Shown: positions 11,193 to 21,421 of the stretch, piece by piece
How the letters are laid out: each line of letters opens with the position of its first letter
Numbering within the stretch: the first letter of the stretch is position 1
Source of the DNA: Dipteris shenzhenensis
Taxonomy: Eukaryota
Assembly: GCA_047967505.1 (NCBI GenBank)
Contig: CM106538.1
DNA: 64,000 nucleotides
Direction: 5' to 3' (one strand)
Program-made: the position numbers and the translations under genes
Notes under the pieces: model-generated
Seen by the model: the letters and a program-made list of their open reading frames with translations, nothing else
Told to the model about the DNA's origin: nothing
Database searches by the model: none

Positions 11193-11365
11193 CTGTAACA
11201 ATCGTCACCCCTTTCACGATCACGGCTTCTATGATGCCTGCGATCACTGTCTCTCTCGTCTCTTTCACTCCTGCCTCTATCATCTCTACGTTCATGATCT
11301 CTGTCCCGCTCATAATCCCTCCTATGACTCCTTCCCCTTGACTCATGGGAGTCATGAGAGCTACG
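11193..11365 (-). CDS. U2AF65: U2AF large subunit, coding exon 2 (RD/RS-rich)
   Basis: ctgcag|...|gtagtc; 173 bp, phase 0 to 2; RSSHDSHESRGRSHRRDYERDRDHERR...GDDCYR. Confidence 0.88.
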
Positions 11366-12268
11366 CTGCAGCAATTGTCATAAATTTGAACAAAGTTTCA
11401 GATAGTTCATATAAGGAATTGGCACCAAAAAAAAGAGGCATTCACAAAACATCATTTGATACTCATTTCATGTGTCTCAACTGCAAAATTGCAAGAAGCC
11501 ATCATGAGCTCACTGGCGAAAACAGAAGCAGACTAAGGAAGACGTGCAAAGAGCAAAAAGGACTTGCAAAACGTTTAATAAATGCTCATATCTCCCCAAG
11601 CAGGTAAGGCTGCTTGAATATCACTAAGCATAAAAGGCCAATGTGGTCCCGTCAGGTGGGCCCCGGGCTGCTGGGCAATTCCCTTCAGCCTGAAGGCAGC
11701 AATGGGCTGCCTAGGGCAGCACAGGAGAGCTAAGGTGCACAGTGCCCACGAACATTGCAGGCAGGTCAGGGGTGCAGGTAGTACGTGGAAATGGGGATGG
11801 ACGGGGTAGTCACCCACGAGTAGGTAGGAATTGAGGGGAACAGGACAGGGGGGACCATCAGATATGATCTCCCTGTCAAGACATGGTGCTGTCAACATTT
11901 TCGTGACATAAGGACATCCTGCCAATCTACAGACAAATAATAGAAAGGCAAAGGCTGCTTTGGTTCGAACAAGTTACGTTAAATATAGTGCGGCCTCCAG
12001 GAATTTTGCCAACCCTAGTTTACACAGATAGCTAATCTATAGATATACACGGTAATCATTGAATTCTGCAAGCACCTCAATCATAAACGATATACGACTG
12101 TTTCTTGGCGCACAGGTATGGCTTGATTAAATTGCAGCCATAAAAAATCACGTGACGAACAATTCATAGACCGAACAACCAAACCCGTAGAGAGGTTTTC
12201 TATGCAAATTCCTTACAGCCATGGCCTCAGCCTGCCAAACACAAACCATTGAAAGCGACAAAACTCAC

Positions 12269-12355
12269 CTCGTGATGCCTAACTCCATTGGAAGCCCCAT
12301 AATCGCCGTGTTTCCTATTCTCATAATATCCCCCGTTGTCCTCGTAACCGGCCAT
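12269..12355 (-). CDS. U2AF65: U2AF large subunit, coding exon 1
   Basis: gccATGG start context; MAGYEDNGGYYENRKHGDYGASNGVRHHE then gtgagt donor; phase 0 fits exon 2. All five exons join in frame. Confidence 0.85.
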
Positions 12356-12852
12356 GGCAGAACGACGCACCGCACAAAGTCTGAGAAGAATGCAAGCACT
12401 GAAGGAGCAATTTCTCTGTAAAGATAGGATTTTTCGAATTTGCCGGCAATAATTTTTCGTGCTCTTAATTCCTGTGGTACTAAGAATCCTTCTATGATCT
12501 AGAAAGCGTGCCGCTCCAGTCTGTGCAGAAGACCTGACGAGGCGTCTTCCGGCAGGGGGCTTCCAAAAGAGGAATTGGTGGGATAATTAATGGGAGATGA
12601 GCAAAAAATTTGTGTTTTGAGAAGGCAACCTGGTGCAGGAACAATACAAAATGTCGAAACATCATGAGGAGCCCTGCATGCTGGATAACCGAACTAAAGC
12701 GCTGGCTCTGCTGGTTCTCTGCTGCTGCAGCTGCTTGTTTTACTTCATCTTCTTCTTCTTCCTCCTTTTCGCACTTACCACCCTTGATTTTCTTTCAACC
12801 TCTAGACCCCTTACTTAGCACACGCATCCCTGCCCTAATAGGAGATGAGTTT

Positions 12853-12865
12853 TGGGCCATATATA
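12853..12865 (-). promoter_or_regulatory. Candidate core promoter of U2AF65 (TATATAT next to a TGGGCC site-II-like motif)
   Basis: TATATAT at 12865->12859, ~500 bp upstream of the ATG. A possible 5'UTR intron (gtaagt donor ~12778, tttacag acceptor ~12416) lies between. Motif match only. Confidence 0.35.
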
Positions 12866-12895
12866 CGGAGGCTTAAGTGAAGCCGATTGCATTTG

Positions 12896-13144
12896 ATGGT
12901 CAAATATTTGACATTTTCCATGATTCCCTTTATGTTGATGCTAATTGAGTTGATGCTATTGGCTGTTAATTCGAACTTTCTGGTATTTCCTGTTTATTCG
13001 GATGATACGATGGGTTAATCACTCGCTTTACTAGTGTTAACGGTGGCAGTTGTGGAATCCGCAATTGGGCTGGCCATTCTAGTGATAACTTTTCGGATTC
13101 GCGAGACTATTGCCGTAGAATTTCTTAATTGCATGGGAGGTCGA
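12896..13144 (+). pseudogene. nad4L: Mitochondrial nad4L copy, unedited, with an internal deletion
   Basis: MVKYLTFSMI[~17 codons missing][71 protein letters not shown](CGA); clearly Nad4L. In-frame TAA at 13016-13018 sits where Gln is conserved. Confidence 0.95.
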
Positions 13145-13445
13145 GCGCTATTATTATCGTTGTGCTTCGCTTTTCTCTATTGAATATGGAGTATACTTTG
13201 GCATTGAGGGAGGTACGATTCGAATCTCTCTTTCGAAATTCAACGGATTTACTGAAATGAAATCAAACGCTTTTTTCATTTGGCCACTCCGCTTCGACTT
13301 TCTGAGCCAAGATTGGGGTTTGTTTTGATACGTGAACCCGTTAAACCATATTACTGATCGATAAATTGGGAAATGTGGTTAGGGCTTGGGATCAGATCAG
13401 CAGCTAGAAGGGGTCTCGAAATGGGAGGAACACATTTCCCAAGCG

Positions 13446-13526
13446 TGCGAAAGGGGGGACTTGAACCCCCACAAGTGGCCTCACTACCACCTCAAGGCAG
13501 CGCGTCTGCCATTCTGCCATTTTCGC
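13446..13526 (-). tRNA. trnL-GAG: tRNA-Leu(GAG), bacterial type, within the NUMT
   Basis: GCGAAAATGGCAGAATGGCAGACGCGCTGCC-TTGAGGT-GGTAG-TGAGGCCACTTGT-GGGGG-TTCAAGT-CCCCC-CTTTCGCA folds as a class II cloverleaf; anticodon GAG at 13493->13491; one A7:C66 mismatch; no encoded CCA. Confidence 0.92.
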
Positions 13527-13984
13527 TGCTCTTATTGGCTTTGCTGCCTAACAAGATTACACTGAAGCATAAATTAGTTCGGGAAATTTCATAAATAGAA
13601 TGCCCCGCTCTCGAAGCTTTTTCAAGAGCTTCGCTTGGCCATTTCTGGTTCCTCTAGGGGAGGGGTCTCATTATCTCTTGGCCTGCCAAATGTGAACGGT
13701 TTCATAATCAGCCCTGGAACTATTTTTGAAACTTCAATCCCAACGGATTTCACTCAACCTATCTACACTAACGACTACCTCCCATTCATTTTCGTTGCCC
13801 ATCGCAGTCACACTCTTAATGATAGGGTTTTCTAAACATGTATCTCTGTATGGATCGGACTGTACCTTTATCTATCATCTTGTCATGAAGCCTTTCCTTT
13901 GGAGAATCCTTCGGGTCTGCTCAAGCTTTTCCCGATTATTCCTATAGTAGATGGCCCTCGACCGGAGCTTCAGCTCCAGTGATT

Positions 13985-14725
13985 TCATACCTTTGAATCG
14001 GCGAAGAGCCAACTCATGCCAAGCATTGCCCTACTGTGGACAGTCCTTAATCGATAGAGGCACGACCTTTCAATGAGCTGAGTAGGAATATGTAGCCTCT
14101 GTCCTATAGCCTCTAATAAAGGCCCATCCAATTCTTTTTGAGTCAAGCCAACCACGATAAAGATCCGTTGTTGTTTTCCATCCCTCTCATATAAGATCTC
14201 TCTGCCTCTATAAAGCCCGTGGTAGTATGCTAGCAGGCTCGCATACTCGGCTATCCGTCCTGAGTAATAAGACCGAAGGAAGGAAGGGCTTGAGCTTCCA
14301 ACCTCCTCAAGCAGGGCTTGCGCAAGCTCTTCCGGCTTTGCCGCCCCGGTGCGACCGGAAAGCACATTATTCGCCGTATCCACACCCCCTGTGCATTCAG
14401 AGAAGCTACAGATTAGGGGGAAAAGTACGTCGGGGGCAAACGTTGGGGCCATACCCCCGATTTGTTCTAGAAGGTGCTAGATCTCCCGCGTTTCCTCCGG
14501 CCCCAAGGGGTACCCCCCGGTTATAGCTTCGGCGATATGATTCCGCACGTTCGCTCCCAGGCTTACTGCAAACTCGTAGAAGTCCCCTCCTGCCGGAAAA
14601 CGCCCTCCCAAACACTCCCTTGCAATATGATTTGCATCAACCCAATCAAGGGCTAGGGCAACCCGGGCATCTTCTAAGGGTACATGTGCAAACTTTTCCA
14701 TCACAGGAGCATGTTGTTGCCCCAT
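13985..14725 (-). pseudogene. Unknown 246-codon ORF interrupted by a single TAG
   Basis: Track ORFs 14477..14725 and 13985..14452 are in one frame, joined by ...EETREI*HLLEQIGGMAP...; globular-looking composition; stem-loop right after the stop. Family not recognised. Confidence 0.55.
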
Positions 14726-14995
14726 TTCCTTAAGAAACGAAAGCTACAGCTTTTCACCGGTTAGCTCCCTATGCTTGAGCATTGCTAGATGCGTTACACC
14801 GCGCCAGGGGGAAAGATTGTGGGGGCTCCAGGGTGAAGAGGTGGGCAATAAGTTAGCCGTTCGGCCCTTCTGGGTGGAAGATCCAGAGGAATAGAACCTG
14901 TAAGCTCATGTTTTTGAGGGATTGGCGCCCCGTGGAGCCACACTAAATCCTCTCTTTCTTTTTCTCCCTCTCTCATTGCTAATTTCTTCCCTTCA

Positions 14996-15000
<5 letters not shown>

Positions 15001-15046
<46 letters not shown>
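15001..15046. repeat. (TC)23 microsatellite
   Basis: Direct reading. Confidence 0.95.
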
Positions 15047-15049
<3 letters not shown>

Positions 15050-15061
15050 GGGAGAGGCATT

Positions 15062-15515
15062 GTGCCAATTCATGGCATACCTCAACAAAGTTGGAAAGAT
15101 GGACGCCAATAGGATACCACACAGAGCAATGGAAGCTATGTGAATCGCTGGATGGCACAAAGTGAGGCTGAAATGGATGGAATTATGGGGTAGAACCGCT
15201 GCTGATATCCCCGAAGATGCATGTGAAATCAGGGAGTTAGTGACACAGAGAATGCTATAGAAGCTATGGCAAGAACCGGGGGCAAAAATGCAGTTTTATA
15301 AGCTCGAAATCAATCCGATGGATAGCTATGGATTGTAGAAATACCTCGGGGAAGACATATCAATATTTAAAAGACATCTAATCTGCAAAATCAGAACGAG
15401 CTCACATGATCTCAAGGTGGAGAGGGGAAGATGGGCAAGACCCAGGGTACCAAGAGAGAAAAGAGTATGTAAAATCTGCCCCACAGGAGAAGTAGAAAAT
15501 GAGTAGCATGTACTC
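15062..15515 (+). mobile_element. 3' fragment of a LINE ORF2 (RTEX/L2-like C-terminal zinc finger)
   Basis: ...KRHLICKIRTSSHDLKVERGRWARPRVPREKRVCKICP.GEVENE*HVL..., with several stops. Confidence 0.7.
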
Positions 15516-16999
15516 CAAACATGTAGAGCATATGCGCAAAGTAGAGAATGTTATGGGGGCAATAGAGATTTTGTCACCCTCCTTCACCCATTTACAATTG
15601 TTGCTTGTAGATTCTTTTCCCCATCAATCACATAAGCCCGTATGTCACCATCCATGTCTGTTTTGGCTACTCTTGCCATGTGTCCCATCAAAAGATGCTC
15701 AAGACTCTTAAAATATTGAGAAAGTCAAGAGTTTCCCCACATGGACATGCATGCACAAAGATTATTATGTTATGGATGTTCAACACAAAGATTATTTCTA
15801 GGCCATGATGGCCCTTAATATAAACAAGAGCATTTTGTCCACCATGTAATTCTTTTTTGTCTAGTCCTATAAATCCTCCACACATGTCAACTACCATATT
15901 CACACCCTTCTATTGCAGCACGAACGATAGTAATGTTGGTGATTGCTTTCTTTCATGAGTGCACACTTTCTTTCATAGGTGAGTAGTATGCACTCTTAGG
16001 ACAACGCATAGGAATTGGAATGCTGAAATATGTGAGGGAAATTTTTTTGTCAACATTTGGTGATCACAATGGGACCCTACACAAAGAATGGTGAGTGAGT
16101 CATGCAAGCCCACCATGCAGTTGTGAGTTGATTGCACAAATTGGCCATATTGTCAGAGCATGAAATGTGTTCATGGTTTGGATTTACATCCTATTTCCAT
16201 CAGTTCACACTTGTTGCAGGTGGAGGATGTGTGTGTTCTTCAAAACTGTGCCGTCATTGGCATATGGACAGAGGATTGTAGACATGGAACTAAAAGATTA
16301 GTTGTCACCAATACATGTCAAATAGTAAGATTGAATGATGCCAAAGATGCGTAGCTCGTTGGGCAAAGCACCTAGAGCATGGTAGGATGGATCTAATAAC
16401 CAAGAACTACAGGAGGTGACCTCAAAACCTAGGATTGGAAAGTAGAGGCCCAAAGTGAGTAGATTTGATAGCAACATGAACTCGAGTGGACCACAAGGCA
16501 CAAGGGGGCTCAAGCTAACTCTGATAGGAGTGCAGCATCAACTACCTCATGGAAACCCAAAGAGAACGCATTTGTCTGAGGCAAGGGGTTCTGAGACTAA
16601 GTCCTCAGAACTCCACATGTGGGCGGGTCACCCTTTGCCGAGGGAGTTTTGGCGCAACTAGGACCTTTGAACTACTTGGAGATTCCTAATTCGTACCCTA
16701 TGCCCCTGGAGCTGACCATTTTGATCATACAACCTCAGAAAGGGGGCATCAACACATTGGGTTCATGCACACATCCAGTTTGGATCCTCCACTTTGTGCA
16801 AAGAAGTGGACTCTAGAGCTTTTCGGCACAATGATGGAGCATCAGGTATATCAGATGATGGACGAATGGATGGGACCTCAGGGTATGGATCTGGTTGGTC
16901 CATGGTAGCTCCACGTATTTGTAGCTTGGCTTTTCTTCAATTAATCCTGGGCCATGTTTGGTCATAGCTATGATCAGTTTGCCACTAGAGACGGTCTTC

Positions 17000-18960
17000 A
17001 CACTACTTCACTATTAATCACTCCAGCAGTGCGCTAGCCTTTTTTGTGTTGATGTTTCCTTTATGTAGTATTGGGCTCGAAGCCAGTGGTGACGCTGGTT
17101 CAGGACACAGATTATTCGCCCTCTAAAGCCTCGACAAAGTCACTAAAATCCATCTTTCTAGAGCAGGCTCCCACGCATAAGCGAGCCTTGTTCACTATTG
17201 TCACATCTTCCTTGAGTCTCATGGTGGTGAGTTGAAATGTGGACGGTAGCCAACCACAATACCTGATTCTACGTCAAGAATTGCAGCAGCGGGCTCTAGT
17301 AGGTAGGCCAATTGATTTTCTTTTGATTCAAGAGCACATGTTCTCGGCAAGAGACATAGCATGCCTCCCCGGGAGGGGCTCAGAGATCTAGTCCCCAGCA
17401 ATTGGTAGGATTGGAGGGGTATGCATTTCAATATCTCAGGTGCTAGCCCCAGAGATTTTTGCACAAGGCGAAGGCCGTGCAGTTTAGATGGGCCTTCAGG
17501 CAGGAGAGGCCCGGATCAGTATCCTGAATGTGTATGCACCCGCTTGCAGGCAGCATTGCCCAGCTTTTTGGAGACAGCTCACAGATTGTCTCCCAGAAGT
17601 GGACTCATGGATTGTGGGGGGAGACTTCAATAACCTTGAGTTCATGAGGATAAGTGGGGAGGAGCCTCTTTCGTGGAGATGCCGGCAAGGGATCAGAGGC
17701 GAGCTAGGATATTCGAGGTTGGGGAACATATTTTGGCTTTCGATGGATTCCAAAAGGAGAGATGGCTAGGTACCTGGGCTGTCAAGTAGGCATTGACATC
17801 ATGGCATAGCATCAGTTTAGCCCGGTCCTGGAGAGTGTTGGGCAGAAGCTCTTGTACTGGAGCTCCACTAAGCTCTCGCTTGCAGGTTGAGTACTAGTGG
17901 TGAACCATGTACTTCTTGCCACATCTTGGTACATTGCTTCTTGTTGGTGCTTTCATCGAGGCTACATGGGGTAGCTACAATGCTTGGAATTTTCTATGAT
18001 CGAGATCGGATGGCACACGCAACACCAGGGCTAGGGTGGCTTGGCAGACAATGATTTTGCTCCATGCTCAGGGTAGACTTAGCATCATTGATCCAAAGAT
18101 GCAGAGCAGAGCCCTTTTGGGCAAGTTGGTAGGGGAAGGCCTCACCCCAGGGGCGAAACCCTAGAAGCTCCTACTTCAGTGGAAGCTTCTTGGGAATACG
18201 CCTCGCATCGGTGGATAGTGGCAGTAATCCCATAGGTGGATCTTCTCAAGGGCTCTGTTGACAAAGAAGGGCTCTCCGTTGATGTGGAGCCTCTACAGAG
18301 TATGGAATAGATTGTAAGGAGGACCTAGGCCATCCTGTAGAAAGAAGTTTGAGAGATAGCCGCTCATTTGGCACCTGGAGGTCAGAGCCTCAAAGGGACA
18401 TATGCTCAGGCAGCGGACTCAATTAGGCACAGTGGGACAATGGACCAACCAAATCCTTTGGGACATGGAGACACCTTCCTAGGGAGACAGAGGACCGCAA
18501 GTAAGCTCTCTCTTATCTCCAAGGAGTAGGCATCAGGATGTGAGAGATTGAGGAGGTGATCCCAAACTCTTGGTGGGAGGGATTACAGAGTCCTTGGACC
18601 CCCATTGTTGGTCATGATAGTTCTCACAAACTGGGGTACTACTCCAGATCCACTTCTTTTGGGAGTCTCTTGGCTTCCCCCAGTCTTGCTTTTATCGGGT
18701 AGAACTAAGAGGCTCACTACAGATGGAGACGGAGGAGTCAGAAGTGGACTTAGATGAGTTGGAGTGGCAGAGGGTCAGGATTGTGGCATTCTTGGGCAGG
18801 ATTTGGTACATTGATCCCTCCATAGTCCTATCAACCTCAAAGGGAGTAGTTTGGAGCCTTTGGATATGGGAGGGCACCCTTATGTGACATTCAGTGGATC
18901 CAAGGGAGTGGTTTTGGCCTTCCTGCATAGGACACTTGGACTGGGTGGAGGTCTCTAAAT
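17000..18960 (+). mobile_element. Degenerate L1-clade LINE (endonuclease and post-RT region; RT core missing)
   Basis: ILNVYAP...FWRQL...WIVGGDFNNLE (APE endonuclease, ~17520-17640); KLLYWSSTKLSLAG*VLVVNHVLLA and RVAWQTMI...IIDPKMQSRALLGKLV; many stops. Confidence 0.8.
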
Positions 18961-19539
18961 CATTGTCGATGCAGAGACGTTGTAGCTGGAGTTCATGCAG
19001 GGATAGGCAGGGTTATAATAGGCATCAAGTGAGAATGGTCCACAATTTGTGTTATCACCTTCTTGCAATACATGTAAGAAGAAAATATCAAACAAGAGAT
19101 GATAAAGAAAGCCAAATCCATCAATGAAATTGGTTTGCTTTAGGCAAGAAAGAATGCACACGTAGAATTAGAGAACATCGTGTAAATTTATGGACATTTT
19201 TCTTCTTCAAAAATTGGGTGATATCTCTTCAAGGTGATAATAACTACCAATTGAAGCAGCGATTTGGGGGAGATCTACTCCAAAGTAAAGTGCCAAAAAA
19301 AATGACAAGCCTGAACTGATTTTGAACTGTGGCAAGATATCGATTGATGGTGCTTCTTGTAGTAGATGTGGCAATTACCGAGGATCTAATAAACTAGATT
19401 CAAATTGGTAGATTTGAAAGAAAACCAGTCCAGTACATGAAAACAAATCTATGCCAATGATAAATTTGTCACTTATTGATGTGTGCCAGATAGAGGAGGT
19501 GAATACATGTCTTTAGCATTCATGAACTTTTGCAGAAGT

Positions 19540-19950
19540 CACGGCATTTGAAGACAACTCACTTGTGTAGATACTCCTCAACAGAATGCAAGAGCTAAAA
19601 GGAAGAATAGAACTTTCACAGACAGTGCTAGAATGGCAATGCTTAGTGAGAAGCATCTTCCAAATTAGTATTGGGCAGAAGCAATAGCCATTGCAAACTA
19701 TTTGCTTAATCGGCTTCCTACCAAACCAATTCGAGATATGACACCTTATGGAGCATTCACTGGACATAAGCCACACATTGGGCATCTTCGCATATTTGGT
19801 TACATAGCATATGCCCACATACATAATAATCATCGCAGGAAATTCATCATGGTTGGCTACAGTGAATAAAGCAAAGCATACAAGTTGTATGATCCCATCA
19901 ACCGAAAGGTCATTATCTCCAGAGATGTAATCTTTGATGGAGGAATCAAA
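19540..19950 (+). mobile_element. Copia integrase fragment
   Basis: TPQQN...YWAEAIAIANYLLNRLPT...TPYGAFTGHKP...FIMVGYSE*SKAYKLYDPINRKVIISRDVIFD. Confidence 0.85.
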
Positions 19951-21272
19951 ATGGAAGACCTCAAACACAAAGGAGATAGATGCATTGGGGACTCTTTTCC
20001 CACTTGGAAAATGGCGAGTGGACGAGCAATCCATGAGCCATTTTCCAAGTGGAAAAGGAGGGCTTCTGCACCTTTCCCAATGGCCAAAGGCTTGGGGAGC
20101 TCAATGTGTGCAATTAGGATAGTTTAGATATGTATATTTAAAGGAGGTAGATTCCCATTATGAATAATTTTTTGATCCAATAGTCATGATTTAAATTCTT
20201 GTGACCCAAGCCTTTGATAGTAGAGGTGAGATAAGGTAAGGTGGAAATTTGGTACAAGTGGAGTGAGGGGGATTAGGGTTAAGTTAAGAAGCCCAAAGAG
20301 TCACCTCCTACAGCCCCAACCCTTGCCACCTCTTTGTCGGTTGCTCCGGGTTTTGCTCCGTGGGTTTGAGCTGGTTGGTTCTTCTCTTATAGGTACATAG
20401 CCTAACGTACCCTAGCAAATCAACAAATAATGTAGAATAAGAAAATACAAACTCATCTCCCTCAATGTCTTCTTGTCTACACCACACTCGACACATGAGT
20501 ATATGGGCCTCTAGATACCTCATGGTACACAAGCTCTCATGCAAGCACTACTACTAGCTTGTGGTTGCTTGTTGATAATGGGGAGATATTACACTTGAGT
20601 GTGGCTAGGTACCATCACCACACTCAAGCAACCCTAGAAAAGAGGGAAGGTATGCCACTTTAAGTGCCTACACAAGAAGGAACCTCAACCAAGTAACACA
20701 AGAATAAGAGCTCTCAACAAGCCTCTCACACTCATAAAAGAGTTGCACACTCACAATACTACAAGAAAGAAATAAGCAGAAGAGGACCCATCTATGTACA
20801 CACTCCATGCAAGCAAGCACACGAGTGGATTCCAATCAAGCCCCACACCTAGCTCTCAATACATTGATCAAAAGGGGATAGCCCCCTGTGCCATGTGTTG
20901 TAGAATGAGAGGTTCCAAATAGGATGTGGAGGTGGATATAATCCTCCTAACATATGGTCCAAACCATGTGCTACGTGCACAAATAAATGTAATACAATGT
21001 AGTGCAAATGTGCACATAAGCCCTAGCTAGAATCTGACATGGATGGCCAATGTGTTAACCTGGGAAATGGGTTAACAAAAAGCTAGTCATATTACAAGAA
21101 AGAGGAATCTCAAGTCCTTTAATGGTCTTAAGGTGCCACTAGCACTAAAGTCACACATCTTGAGAGTGCTCTCAACAGAAGTGGAACGGAAGAGGGTGAG
21201 AGAGAGGGAGAGACAGAAGAGAGCCACACAAGTTTTGGAGGGTGCAGAACACCCTAATCTTCTATGTCATCC

Positions 21273-21319
<47 letters not shown>

Positions 21320-21421
21320 AGTATTGTACATAACGGGGGTTAAGGAACAATGGCCTTTAACTCCCACAATCTCCCACTTAAAGGCCAATGTGCCTTTAAG
21401 GGAGAACAGCTAGTGAGCATA

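Larger units (their letters stand above)
12890..14940. other. Nuclear insertion of mitochondrial DNA (NUMT)
   Basis: Contains nad4L in pre-edited form, a tRNA-Leu(GAG), short GAGCT/AGCTC hairpins (13609-13634, 13961-13980) and intronless ORF remnants. Ends near a (CT)n tract. Boundaries approximate; the part right of the tRNA is assigned by contiguity only. Confidence 0.75.

Noticed and set aside
11575-11908. Possible solo LTR (minus strand starts TGTCACGAAA, like 9340) in U2AF65 intron 1
   Set aside because: No matching CA end with a TSD found; similarity to the 8763-9340 LTR is limited to the terminus.
13150-13360. Possible sdh4/sdh3 remnant after nad4L
   Set aside because: Only a WH dipeptide hint; no convincing alignment by eye.
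13630-13950. Possible group II intron maturase domain X on the minus strand (RRILQRKGFMTR...)
   Set aside because: Similarity too weak, several stops, and no domain V structure seen.
20200-21155. LTR-like segment before the large Copia
   Set aside because: No partner repeat, PBS/PPT or TSD identified; left unassigned.
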